Positions 23,841-37,494 of a DNA stretch of 64,000 bases are shown here, one piece after another. Below the pieces are notes generated by a model. It had not been told where the DNA came from. It did not search any database and saw only the letters and a program-made list of their open reading frames with translations. Position 1 is the first letter of the stretch. Every line of letters begins with the position of its first letter. Origin of the DNA: Chiloscyllium plagiosum (Eukaryota); contig NC_057720.1 in NCBI RefSeq assembly GCF_004010195.1, positions 19,831,269 through 19,895,268 on the forward strand, in the 5' to 3' direction. Both the position numbers and the translations under genes were made by a program.

Positions 23841-26800
23841 AGGATGACAACATTCTTCATGCTAAAATGCTCAAAACTCTACAAACACAAAAAGGTTCAT
23901 ATTTGAACTAGGTTTGGATAAGTCCTGATACAACTGAAATAATTTCAGAACTGGCCAACCCCATCATGCCCAGAGCAACCAGAGCAACTCAAAGGTTTGA
24001 CTAAATTATACCCTTTAAAATGCAGCATGGAAACATATTAATGTTGTCCTTTCAACACATAGTTTGGGTTCTCAATCAACCTCTTAAGTGACAAAATCTA
24101 AGTGAACTTTAGTGTCTATAACATAGGAATGTTGAATTAGTTTGTAATTTTATCATAAATTTAATTCCATTTTATTCTTTTAATATCCCATTCAACATTT
24201 CCCTGTTACTTGATAAACTTGTCAATTTTTGTGACATGATTAGTACATGTTGTATAATTTTAATCTGGCCATCTAATTTTTATATTAGCTTTTTCTTTTA
24301 TGTTATACTGCAATTCAGTCAGTGGGCTGTGAACGTGTTTCTTGAATAACTTACCATTCTTTGTTCTGTCTTATTCTAGGTTCTATATCCTTGGTCACCC
24401 TTGATGCTCTCGCTCTGAATGTGCCTACATTAGATGTCATTTTCTCCTTTGAAGTCCTCCCATTATTCATTTAAAGTATTCTCTGACAGTTTTGGTTCTG
24501 GTCCACCCGGTCAAAATGACATCTGAAGTCACTGAAGTTCTAGTTAAGAGCCTTACGCTTGTGGCCACGTTGTCCTTCTCCATAATTATTCTAAAGTTGA
24601 TATTGGGTTCCTCAGATGCTCTTACACTTAAACCACCTCTACCCAATCCAGTTAATTCCTTAAACTAGATACAGCATCACTTCCTGCTCTACAGACTGGA
24701 AGACATCAATGAAGTTCTATTGTTGAGAATTCCTCCATTTCCTTGCTCTTGACAGTATTGCTATCCTGGTCTATTTAGGGTAATTTGTCCCTCATTATCA
24801 CTGCTTTATTCTTTCACCTTTCTGTAATTTGCCCGTACATTTGCTCATCCAATTACATCCCATTATTTGGTGGCCTGTAAAGTACACCCAATCTCATCAA
24901 AGCTCCTCTGCTCTGCCTTAATTGTGACCCAAATAGATTCTATCTTTGATCCTTTATCAAAATCATCTCGCATCAGTGCTATAATCATTTCCTGGATCAA
25001 TAGAGCCTTCCCTTCTCCTTCACTCCATTCTCTACCTTTTCTCAATGTTTTGTTGCCATGAATATTGAGTTTCTGACCTTCCTCCTTTATCTCTTACTAT
25101 TCTTTATTCATTGTTAACCTAATTCCCTCTCAAAGGTTGTGATAGTCTCAACTTCAATGGGCACTTGGGATAATATTCATATTTATAATAACTCTACATC
25201 AACAGTATTATTTTAACCACACTTTTTATATTTCGAGCATTTAAACTAAATTCATACCCATCTTATTACCAATTCATATATCAGAAGAAATAATCTCTCA
25301 CTTTTTGCGTACCAAGTGTATTCAAAACATTTGATACGACAATAACACTTCTCTGCTCCAATAAACTCAGCTCGAGTTTTTACTTAAGCAAAATTATATT
25401 CTCTCATTTCTTGTAAATGTGAATTGTCTCACACATTTCTTCAATACCTTATACCTTCATTACCAGCTTCTTGATTTATGTCAATGTCCTTATCGATATT
25501 AAATACACACTTATGTGTCCATTTTGGATTTTATCCAACATTTATAGATCATAATCAAGTTTCCCTCGCCCCAACAGTTCAGTACATATCGCCAAACTCT
25601 TCATCTCTCTTCACCTTCTTCTCTGGCTTCTTATGTTTTTCTTGGGATTACCACATTCAGGTTTATCACTTTTCTCTATTCCCTCCTCTCAGCCATCCAT
25701 TCCTCTTCCAAACCTGCTCTGTTCAAGTCTCCTACCACTGCATCTTTCCATTGGCTCTTACACCTTTCTCTTCTCCTTCTTCTTGGCAGTCCCATCTCTA
25801 TTCTTCATTCCACCACATTTCCTCTGTATTTCCATAATAGATGACCATGCCATTTTAATTTCTTTTCAGCTACTTTCTTCGATGTTCCCACAATTTTCTC
25901 TGACACTCCCGCTGAAGTCCTGCATCCTGATACTCTCCTTTCCCCTTATGTCACACATTCGTCTCATCAGGATCTTCATTTTCAAAGTCATTAATTCACA
26001 TTTATCTGTAATATATAAGATGCCTGACCCATTATACCTTAGACCTCAAATTTTATAACCAATTTCTTATGTGACGTTTTCTCAACATTTTTGGAATCAA
26101 AACGTACTGCATTCCATTTGTTTATGCTTGATAATTAAAAACAAGTTATTTGAGTAAATAGTTTCGATGCGCATGTTAATAAAATTCATCAATTTAGTCT
26201 GGCATAGTTTTTTCTACAAATACTCAAATATATTGTTTATTAAAATGTGCTGAAGCTTTATGGAGCTGTCTGACAAGAGAGGTTTGAATGTAACATTTGG
26301 CAGCTCAAGAGGAGTTCTTCAGACTGTTCATGCTTCACAGACATTTCCAATGACACTCAGACTACCACGGCATTGACCCTTCATTCTCCACAATACTTCG
26401 TGAACTGTTGACTTTCTAAACCATGCCCATCCATTCTTGATGTTGTCACTGGGAAAATATTCAGTATTCCTCAACTGAATTGTCTTCTGGCTATTTTTCC
26501 TGTATTTGTGAACTCAGATCCAAGAGGTGCAAACTTTAGTATCCCTAATGCATAATTTGTAAACTTTCCATGACCATATCCGCCTTGACCACTCTTAAGA
26601 CATATAGAATCTAGGAGGAATAGACCATTCAGCCCTGTGAGCCTGCTTTCCCATTCAATATGATTGTGGCTAATCCTCTCAGTGCCATATTCACACTTCC
26701 ACCTTACATTCCTTGATTCCTTTAGAATCTAAAAGGTTATCTTGAATACATTCAGTGACTTGGCCTCCACAGCCTCCTGTTTATAGAATCCTACTGGCTC

Positions 26801-27936
26801 ACTACACGTTTAATGAAAGATTTGACCTCCTCTCTGTCCTAAATTGTCTCCCCCATATCCTGAATCTTTGAGCCCTGGTTCTGGACTTCTCGACCAGGAA
26901 AAATATTTGCCTTCAAATTTGGCTCACACTAGACCCGACTTGAATTTTATGAATTTGAATCAGATCCCTTCTCATCCTTCAAATGTCTAGTCAATACAGG
27001 CCAAGATAAACCAATCTCTCCTTCTGCCATTCTGGTGACTCTCCAATGCACTCCCTCCATGGCAGGTAAATGCTTTCTTAAATAGGGAGACCCAAACTAC
27101 ACACTATATCCCAGGTGGGATCTTACCAAGGCTCTGTAAAACTGCAATAAGGTGTCCCTACTTCTGAACTCAAATCCTCTTGTAATGAAGGTCAATATAC
27201 TATGCATCTCCCTAGTTGCTTGCAGTACCTACCTGGCTACTTTTATTGACTGTTGTAGAAAGACACCCAGATCTCCTTGTAGATCCACACGTCCCAATAT
27301 ATCACCATTTATGTAATGCTGTGCCTTTCTGCTTTTTTACACCAAAGTGTATAAATCGCATTTAGTCATATTGTACTGCACCTGCTATGTGTTTACCCAC
27401 TCACTCGACTTGTCTAGATCATCTTGAAGCCTCACATGTCACAATCCACCTAGTTTAGCTGGTGCCCAAACACTAATCCTTGTGGCACCCTACTTTTCAT
27501 TGACTGTCACTTGGAAGAAAGGACTATTTAATCCCACCCTCTACTTCCTGTCTTATTATCAATTCTTAATCCATGCTAATATTTTACTCCTATTTCATGT
27601 GTTTTAACTTTATCCATTAACCTCTTATGAGGGACCTTACCTACCAAGAAAATCCAAGTACACCACATCCATTGGTTCTCCTTTATCTATTCTAATGGCT
27701 ATATTCTAAAAAAAATCCAGTAGTTTTGTTAAGCATGAATGGCTTTCATAAACCAGCTATCCAATCTTGTTGACGCTTTCCAAATATTCACGTCTTTTAT
27801 AATAGTTTCTAGCACTTTCTCCACTATTGATGTTAGACTAACTGGCCTGTAATACTGTTTTCTTTTCTCTTCTTTCTTTTATAACATCATGGGGTCACAT
27901 TTATCACCCTCAAATCTTTAAGAACTGATCCAGAGT

Positions 27937-28576
27937 TGTTATGGACCAGATAAAACCCCCTAAAAATATTTTAAGAAGAAAGCCCGGACCTCAACTTCTT
28001 TTCTTATTTTTAACGGCAAATGTAGGGCATTGTGTTCCAGATGTAATTCGATTGGTCAAACCACCAGGTTTGAATCAAAACACATTTTATTATTATACAC
28101 TAGATAAAATACAAATAAAAGAATGGAGATTTGGAATAACTTAACTCTACTGGAAAACATAACAGTATAATAGATTAAGTAATTACTAAACAGCAACTGT
28201 GCCAATATACTAACATCCCAGAAACACACCCTTGGCAAAGGCAAAGTCAGTAAAATAGATAATCTCACATGTAATCTTAGCCGTATGCAGAGAACCCCAG
28301 CTTTTAGCTGTAGCAGAGAGAGAAATAAAAACAGTTTCCACATCCAGCTGCAAGACCCCAGCAAATACTGAAAGCTAAAGCTAAAATTGTGGTTCTGTGG
28401 GAACTTGATCCCACTCAGTCATGCTGCTTCTATTGTTCCAACTTTACAAGAAAGCCCAAGGCATCACAAACTATTCACTTTATTGACTTGGAACAGACTG
28501 CTCATTCTCTCTGTCTCAATCTGACTTCATAAAAAATAGGGCAAAATGTACTTCTTAAAGCCGTGGTATTGTCACA
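27937..28576. mobile_element. Probable solo LTR (Gypsy-like), 640 bp
   Basis: Starts TGTTAT, ends GTCACA. Interrupts CR1 cleanly with 4-bp gagt/gatt flanks. AATAAA near 28324. Confidence 0.6.
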
Positions 28577-28660
28577 GATTCAATAGAGTTCTGGAAGATG
28601 ATGAGACCTCCAAAGTATCCAATATATCGAGGCCACTTCCTTTAGTAATCTGGGATGTAG

Positions 28661-28811
28661 GGAGAAAGTGAGGTCTGCAGATGCTGGAGATCAGAGCTGG
28701 AAATGTGTTGCTGGAAAAGCGCAGCAGGTCAGGCAGCATCTAGGGAACAGGAGAATTGACCAGAAGGGCTAATGCCCGAAACGTCGATTCTCCTGTTCCC
28801 TAGATGCTGCC
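28661..28811. mobile_element. Inverted PLE pLTR insertion in CR1
   Basis: 15-bp perfect TSD taatctgggatgtag at 28646-28660 and 28812-28826. Contains gaagggctaatgcccgaaacgtcg. Confidence 0.8.
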
Positions 28812-29030
28812 TAATCTGGGATGTAGATTATCAGGGACTGGTGATTTGTCAGCCTTTAACCCCATTAATATCCCCAGCACTATTTTCTTACTAATACTGA
28901 TTCCCTTAAGATCTGTCCTCCCTCTCTTGGTTCCTTAATATTTCTGGGAGGTTATCTGTGCCCTCTTTTGTGAAGACAGAACCAAAATAAGTAACTCTAT
29001 CAGGCCTTGGTGTCTATTCTCGGTTTCATC

Positions 29031-29720
29031 TCACAGTCCAAACATGTGCAGTTCAAGTGAATTGGCCATGCTAAATTGCCCCATAGTGTCCAGTGATGTG
29101 CAGGCTAGATGGGTTAACCATGGTAAATGTGTGGTTATGGGCATAGGGTAGGGGAGTGGGTCCGGATGGGATGTTCTTTGAGTGGGGGAGTAGGGGGGGA
29201 GCTGAATGGTCTCTATCCTCACTGTATGGATTCTATGATCCTAGAATCATTCTGTAGAGCAAAGACAAGTCATATTCTCTGATATTAACCCATTCCTTAC
29301 ACCCTGCAACCTAGCTATTTCTCTTTAATACCCACAGAAGAAGCTATTACATTTCTTCATCACCAAACCAGAGTCTATCAATTCAGTGACCTGTTCTTAT
29401 TTTCTGCTTTGGCTCACCCACAAAACCATACTTTTCCTCTCAGATATCCACTCACTCTATCCCTGAATTCCTGTCTCTTTCTCTCCTGCAGGTTTCTCTC
29501 CCAACAATTTTATAGTCCCTCCAAGCACATCTCCTTCATATCCTCCCACAATCCAAAAATGTGCAGGTTAGGTGAATTGGCCATGCTAAATTGCCCTAGT
29601 GTTAGGTGTAGGGGTAAATATAGGGGAATGGATCTGGGTGGGTTGCGCTTCAGCGGGTCGGTGTGGACTTGTTGGGCCGAAGGGCCTGTTTCCACACTGT
29701 AAGTAATCTAATCTAATCTA
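29031..29720 (+). mobile_element. Two 5'-truncated HE1-type SINEs (29031-29240, 29546-29720)
   Basis: gaattggccatgctaaattgccc core and tails. Confidence 0.75.
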
Positions 29721-29964
29721 AAAAAAAATCCACTTCTGGCTCCCTCAGTAACAGATCCTTACATATCTGATCACCCAACTTTCTTTCTTGGTTAACATTA
29801 TTAATAATTTGGTCTTGTCTCTTTTTTATGTTATCAATACCCACAACTCATGATTGGTAAGGCCAGCATTCAATGGCCATCCTTCAGTGCCCCAAGACTG
29901 TGGTGGTGTCTGCCTTCCTGAAACACTGATGCTGTTGTGCTGCAGGGACATGCCGGTACTGTTA

Positions 29965-30365
29965 TAGAGTCAGAGTCATAGAGATGTACAGCACGGAAAC
30001 AGTCCCTTCAGCCCAACTCGTCTATGCTGACCAGATATCCTAACCTAATCTAGTCCCACCTGCCAGCACGTGGCCCATTTCCCTCTAAACTCTTCCTGTT
30101 CATACACTCATCCAGATGCCTTATAAGTGTTGTAATTGTACCAGCCTCCACCACTTCTTCTGGCAGCCCATTCCACACATGCACCACCCTCTGCATGAAA
30201 ATGTTGCCCCTTAGGTCCCTTTTAAATCTTTCTCCTCCAACCTTAAACCTATGCCCTCTAGTTTTGGACTCCACTACCCTGGGAAAATGACCTTGGCTAT
30301 TTATCTTATCTATGCCCCTCATTATTTTATAAACCTCCATAAGGTCACCCTCAGCCTCCAACACG
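29965..30365 (-). mobile_element. CR1 3' end inserted in an older LINE fragment (~29850-30910)
   Basis: ORF 30050-30376 GDLMEVYKIMRG...WNGLPEEVVEAG. Confidence 0.88.
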
Positions 30366-31289
30366 TAGAGCGACAATTCCAGGATTTTGATGCAGTGACA
30401 ACAAGGGAAAGCTGATGTATTTCCAAGTTAGAGTGGGGTGTGTCTTGGAGGGGACTTTAGAGGTCCTCCCAAACACTTTCTGTCCTTGTCCTTCTAGGAG
30501 GTACAATGTTTGGAAGAGCGTTGGTGTTTTCTTGCACTGTGTATTGGTGGTTGAGGGAGTGAATATTTAAGGTGTAAGGATGCCAATCAAATGGACTGCT
30601 TTGACATGGACAATGTTGAGATTCATGACTGCTAGTGAAGCTGCATTCATCGAGGATACTGCAGAATATTGTATTGTTATGTTGACCTGCACCTTTTCGA
30701 TAATAGGCAGTCTTTGGTGAGTCAGGATGTGAATTACCTTTTAGAGAATTCACAATCTCTGACCAGCTGTTATGCTCATGGTATCTGTTTGGTAGTCCAG
30801 TTAAGTTTCTGTCAATTACAGAGCCCAAGATACTGATGGTGACAGGGATGACATTAAATGTTAAAGGCTGATTAGATTCTGTCTTGTTGGAAATGATAAT
30901 TATGGGGCATGAATGTTGTTTAAGCTTTGTTTCATGCTAGGCTTGGATTGCATCTAGAGTTATGTATTCAATGTGCAACCTTGGCGTTTTTACATACATT
31001 TGATTGTTAAAGACGAACATTAAAAATTACAGTCTTCAGTTTATAAATGCATACTATTTCCATATATTTTTTATTTCTACTTTACATAACCTGTGGTAAT
31101 GATTATAGGTATTTAATTTAGCAAGGAATTCAGGAGGACATTATGCAATTATTTAAATAGAAACAATGTACAAGGGCATGTAGAAAAGGCAGAATGTCAT
31201 GAAGTCATGATGATCTTTTGGAGAATTAGTACAGATATTATGGATAAATGGTCTCCTTCTGCACGGTGACACTTCTGTAATTACCTTAA

Positions 31290-32340
31290 GACCATAAGAC
31301 ATAGGAGCAGAATATAGGAGCATAGTTACAGGAGTAGGCTATTCAGCCTCTCAAGCTGTTCTGCCATTCAATGAGATCATGGTTGATCTGTGCTGTAACT
31401 CCTTATACACACCTTTGGCTCATATCCCTGAACACCTTTGCTCAACAAAAATTTATCTATCTCAGATTTAAAATGAACAATTTATCCAACATCCACTACT
31501 ATTTATGGGAGATATTTCTGAACATCTACCATACTTTTTGTGTAGAAATGCTTCCTAACATCTCTCCTGAATGGTCTGATACTAATTCTCAGACCGTGCT
31601 CCCTAGTTCTAGAATCCAATCCTGTGCAAATACTTTATCTTTACCTACCCTATCCTTTCCTGTTAATATCTTGATGTCTTCAAACAGATCACCTCCTTAC
31701 CTTTTAAATTCTAGAGAAAACAGGCATGATTTGTATAACTTCTCCACATCACTTAACTCCTGAAATTCAGGTATCATTCTGGTAAACTTGCATTTCAATC
31801 CCTCCAAGGCTAATGTATCCTTTCTAAGGTGTAGCACCCAGATCTGCTCACAGTACTCCAAATGGTATCTAGCTAGGATTATGTGTAATTGCAGTATAAC
31901 TTTGGAATCTGTACACTCCAGTCCCAAGATATAAAGGTCAGTGTTTCATTAACTTTCTTGATTGGAAGTAGGCCATTCGGGCCATTAAGTCTGTTCTGCC
32001 ATTTACTGAGACCATGGCTGATTTGATAATCCTCAGTTCCACCTTCCTGTTTTTTCCCCATAACCCTTGGTTTCCTTATTGATTAAACATCTCTCTATCT
32101 CAGCTTTGAGCATATTTAATGACTCAGCCTTGACTATTTGCTGCAGTAGAATCCCACCAATTCACAACCCCCTGGGAAGCAAAATTCCTCCTCAGTTCTG
32201 TAAGGTGTCCCTTGTTCTGAGATTGTGCCCTCTGGTTTTAGATTCTTCTTCCTGGGGAAATAAACTCTCCCCATTTACCCTGTTAAGCTCTCTAATAATA
32301 TTATATGTTTCACTATGGCCACCTTTCATTCTTTAATTCT
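31290..32340 (-). mobile_element. Two CR1 3' fragments
   Basis: HLEYCEQIW...FTRMIP...LFSLE ORF remnants. Confidence 0.8.
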
Positions 32341-32518
32341 ATTATCCTGTTAAGTGGTCAACATTTTCAAAAGGTAAAATGATATTTCAGTGCTTAAAAG
32401 TTTATCGCACTGATTTTCTTTCGTAAAGAATTTAATTCCATTTCATAATTTTGTTATATGGCATAGATTTTGTATATTATATTATATATTATTTTACCTT
32501 TTATTGTAAGGTATACAG

Positions 32519-32745
32519 GGGCGGCACGGTGGCACAGTGGTTAGCACTGCTGCCTCNNNNNNNNNNNNNNNNNNNNNNNNNNNNNNNNNNNNNNNNNNNN
32601 NNNNNNNNNNNNGGTAAGGGGTAAATGTAGGGGTATGGGTGGGTTACGCTTCGGCGGGTCGGTGTGGACTTGTTGGGCCGAAGGGCCTGTTTCCACACTG
32701 TAAAGTAATCTAATCTAATCTAATAAAAAATGTAAAGTAATCTAA
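32519..32745 (+). mobile_element. HE1-type SINE spanning an assembly gap
   Basis: SINE head before and tail after the N run at 32557-32612. Confidence 0.85.
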
Positions 32746-35489
32746 TTTTATTATCCAAGAATATTTCTGTACAAAACCATTTATACCTATATATATATAA
32801 TTTATATATCTATTACTACTCATACATTTGTCAATAACGATGTAAAGTTCACCAAAACTATACTAACATCTAACATTGAACTGTTTATCATAACATATAT
32901 GTTATAATCTAAATCTTATTAACAGTTCAGAATTGAGAAGGATTATGCTTTCTGCAGCTCACATGTGGGGCCATTATATTTCTAATGCTGGTGCATTAGC
33001 ATTTTGTTGTTCCCCCATGATAATACTTAATCCAATTACAACAAATTCTTATCATGGAAAAGGATTTTATTTTGCTGACATATCCAGAAATGTGGACTAG
33101 GAGACATTAGCTCATTATACAAAACTGTAATAAAACCTCAAGTGTGTCATGAAGGCAAAAAAAAACAATATTTGATAGATTCAAATTGATATCATATTGA
33201 TTTTTTAGTACGTTACTTTATAAATTAACACAAAAGATATGTATAGTCAGCCTATGTAAGTGACATTGTATAAGGTTTTATTGCAACACAACTCTATTCA
33301 ACAATTTTCATCTGTGTTCTTACTATTGTTGCCAACTGAACCTTGCTAGGGAACTACAGGTTTTTAATTTATACTTATTAACAAACTCATTTTAGCATGT
33401 CCATGCTGAGATCACAACTTGGGGAACTTATAGCTTCACCACAGGCATTTCTCACAATCACAATGTTACCAATTTATACTTAACAAATCTTGTGCAATAT
33501 TCTTATCTTTTTATAGAAAGTTTTAGTTTGAAGTAACTAAAAAAAAGGCCTAGACATTGAATCATGATGTATTCATCGTATTTTGGTATTGAATGGGTGA
33601 CAAGTATATTTCCTAGTGGGGAACTACTTGGAGATGAGCTGAGCAGGCACCTGAAATTGACATTCGGCACCCCAGATCCCTGTGTCAAATGCGTTCTGAA
33701 TAAGCACAGCAGCTGCTCAACAGCCAAATTAGTCACCCTTAAAGAGCCAGCAGGAAGCTGCCACCTGAGAAGTATATTTCTATTATCGTATTTCCCTTGT
33801 TGTGGATTCAGAGGAAATGCTTCTTCTGGTGCCACATTAAAACTTCTGTCTACTGTTCACCCCTTACTCTCAATTCTGAGGACATGTATCGACATCCAAA
33901 CAGCTAATATTGCGGTCCCTGCAATGGCTGAATTTTCTCTGGGGTCTGCGAATGGTTCCTCTGCAATTTGCTCCTACTATTCTCATGAAGTTGCTAGACT
34001 GATTAGTTGTGGCCCTAACACAGCATATACTGGCACCTGAACCATCCACTGCACCAGGATAACACCTCAAATTCTGCACTATTAAGTTTCTACACAAACA
34101 TTTTGAAACTTGCATGATCTATATATCCTTCATTCTTGGTTTGGAAAAGCAAGAATTACCTTTCGATCTGTATATTTCATCTGGAATAATATCCGTCTCA
34201 CTCTCAGGACTTCAAGAATGTGCAAGCATTTCATATTACATTTTTCCACAAAATAGGGTTTCAATGTATGATCTCAGAGACCAAAAACACTTTATTGCCA
34301 TGTATATCTGCACACTTCCTGCATACCAATAGTTATCAAACATGGTTAGTGCTATAATCTACACTAAGCAGGTCGGCCTGCATCAGATTAACAAGAACCT
34401 ATTGTGAAGGTAGATTACCTATCAAATTTACAATTATTTGTTGAATGTAAAGAAAAGGAATCAATCCTTTAGCTTACCTCAGGTTGAGAACTGACATTTG
34501 AATGTAATATCCAAGGGCAACAAACTCTTCTTACGAGAATACATTTCTAAGCAAGTTCCTAATGATGTACATCTCACCAGGAGCAGCTTCAAACTACACA
34601 GCTCAAATGTAATCTGATTATTTTAATCCCCTCCTCAAAATGGAACATCTGTAGGAGAGTAGTGTAAGAAGAAAATATAGTTAATGCTAACTCACTGTTT
34701 GCATTGCTTTGATGAAATGAAAATCATTTGAACAAGTTACATATTTCACTGACTTTTGATTGAAACGTTTGAAACAAAAGCATGAAGTCAATTCACAATA
34801 GGATGCCTTGTTAATATGTGACCTACATTTTCGCGGCACTTTATGATGCCATCCTTATTAGACTTTAGCAAATCATATGCAAAGCTGTCATTATTAATTA
34901 GTCTAAAAAGATACCATGCAGTGAAATCCTTTACAGGCTCAGTAACAGCTCATCTTGCAAACAAATAATAGTATTCCTCAGCTAACTGGCAAAATAAAAC
35001 CTGCCTGTTTAACTATGCCTGCATGTATTTTTACGTGTTAACAGAATGCACTATATTTTAATGCCACAATAATATCTGGATATGTAATATAAAATTATAG
35101 CAATTATGATTTGAACTTTACATAAATACTCAATTTATTTATTTTGCTAATACTTCTGAATCACAAACGAAACTACAGGTTGATGTTTAAGTGTTCAATG
35201 AGGTTTTTAATATAACTATCATAGCTTTCTCATACAAAAATAAAGGTGTACAACTCTTACACATGACAATGCATGATAACAGACATACTTTTGCAATCTT
35301 CTCATTTTATAAATGGTTCTTATGTCTCTGTAATACTCCTTAACCTGGTCAGTCCTATGGAATACCAGGAAGGACCAGCAATAAAAAAAACATTCAAATG
35401 AAGATTATTTTTCTTTTATATATATAGACACACATGTATGTTAATACTTGTCTTAACACTTAGATGTTCTGCTGAATTATCAATCTGAA

Positions 35490-35822
35490 TATCATAGGAT
35501 CTCTGCAGTGTGGAAGCAGACCATTTGACCCATTGAGCTCACACTAATCCTCCAAAGAGCATCCTACCCAGACATGTCCCCTATTCTATCCCTGTAATCC
35601 TGCATTTCCCATGGCTAATCCACCTGCACATCCCTGGACACTCTGGGCCATTTAGCACGACCAACCCACCTAACTTGCACATCTTTGTACTATGGGAGGA
35701 AACTGGAGCAAACCCGCACAGATGCAGAGAAAACTTCACACAATCATCCGAGGGTGGAGTTGAACCTGAGTCACTTGAGCCGTGAGGCAGCTGAACTAAC
35801 CACTGAGCCACCGTGCCATCCA
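35490..35822 (-). mobile_element. HE1-type SINE
   Basis: Reverse complement of head (ctaaccactgagccaccgtgcc) and tail. Confidence 0.8.
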
Positions 35823-36849
35823 AATGGAGCCACATTGCCACCAAATATGTTTTATTGTCTGTGGCCTGGGTTGAATTAAATTTGTCTGTGCAAATAATTA
35901 ATAACAACAACTTTTATGTATATGCACTTTTAATGTAATGGAATGTCCCAACACACTTCATGAAGCATTACAAAACAAAATGATCCTGTGTCACATAGGA
36001 GGTATTAGGTCAGTTGAACAAAAGCCTGGCAAAGATGCAGGTTTTAAGAAACCTCTTTCGGAGGAAGTTGAGTCAGAGAAGGGATAGAGTGTGTGAAGAT
36101 GTTCCGGAGCCTAGGTTCAATTGCACAGCTACCAATGGTGGAGTGGCTGTTAGGGATGTGTTAGAAGCCATAATTAGAGATATCTCACAGCTTTGTCAGG
36201 TTGTAGAGGATTACAAAGGTAGAGAGGACAAGGTCATGGAAAAATCTGATAACAAGGATGAAAACTATAAAATAAATCAAGATGTTGCTTGACTGGGAGT
36301 CAATGTAGGTCAATGAGCAGATAGATTAAATGTGGTACGTTGCAAAATTTGAGGTACTGGCACTGGAGGTTTAGATGGCATTAAGTAGAATGTGACCTAT
36401 TATTAGGGATGGGCTGGAATAATTGAGTCTAGAAATAAGAATAAAGACATTAGTGATGATTTTAGCAGAAGATGAACTAAGACAGGTCAAAACCAGGGCA
36501 TTGCTTCTTCCCTTCTTCTTTCACGGGATGTGGGTATTACAGGCAAGGCCAGATGTGCTGTCCATCCCTATACCTTGAACTGAATGGCTTGCTAGGCCAT
36601 TTCAGAAGGCAGTTAAGAATCAACCACATTGCTGCAAGTCAGATCAGGTAAGGACGGCAGATTTTCTTCCCTAAAGGTCATCAGTGAACCAGACAGTTCT
36701 TTACAAAAGTCAATGATAGTTTCATGTTCACCATTACTGAGGCTAGCTTTATATTTCAGATTGTGTTAATTGAATTTAAATATGACCAACTGTCAGGGTG
36801 GGAATTGAACACATACCCCCAGTGCATTAGCTTGGCCTTCTGGATGACT

Positions 36850-36965
36850 AGCTGAAAAATGTGTTGCTGGTAAAGCGCAGCAGGTACGTCGATTCTCCTG
36901 TTCCTTGGATGCTGCCTGACCTACTGCGCTTTTCCAGCAACACATTTTTCAGCTCTGATCTCCAG
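36850..36965. mobile_element. Inverted PLE pLTR insertion (core deleted) inside a SINE
   Basis: agctgaaaaatgtgttgctgg / ccagcaacacatttttcagct inverted arms. Confidence 0.7.
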
Positions 36966-37494
36966 TCCATTGAAATCACCAACATGGCATGGAGTTATAC
37001 AGATGGAAATAGGTGGCCTTAATGATGGTACAAATATGAGGTTGGTAGCTCATCTTGGGATCAAAGTAATTTCACAATGAATATATCTTGAATGTAGATG
37101 GGGTCTATGCAAGGTTTTGTAAATTTCACATATAATGTTGATGACACTTGTATAAAGCAAATCAAGCCCATTCCTGCCTTGACATTCAGATTGCTGAACA
37201 TTCATGCTTGCATTTTGAAGATATCCACAGCAATGTACAGCTAGTTACTTGTGTAATGACTGTCAGTCAAACATTAAAATTTCAGTTAAAATGGTGGCAA
37301 AAAGAATTGCAGTGCTAATAAGAGAATTTTGATTTTTAAAAATATTAATATTCATCACCTAAAGTGCATAGATGTTACACATTTCTGTACTAGATTTCTG
37401 GCCAAATCTTCAACATGCTTTATGATGAGCAACCTATCCTGACTACTCAATATCAAATACTGAGATAATCTGAAGCAAGGTTATATCGACAAAC

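Larger units (their letters stand above)
26600..28990 (-). mobile_element. Decayed CR1 ORF2, interrupted by a solo LTR and a PLE
   Basis: Reverse-complement CR1 3' UTR and RT region, colinear across the insertions. Confidence 0.75.

Noticed and set aside
24345..24600. Strong minus-strand donor (ATG|GTAAGT) suggesting an exon
   Set aside because: Adjoins a decayed minus-strand CR1 endonuclease fragment, with no matching acceptor or ORF identified.
25478..26058. Plus-strand ORFs of 119 and 141 aa
   Set aside because: Pyrimidine-rich, low-complexity sequence, probably the antisense of an old element. Not gene-like.
33564..34040. 158-aa ORF in unique sequence
   Set aside because: No recognisable domain, no clear splice context, and overlapping antisense ORFs of similar quality. 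Probably a chance ORF.
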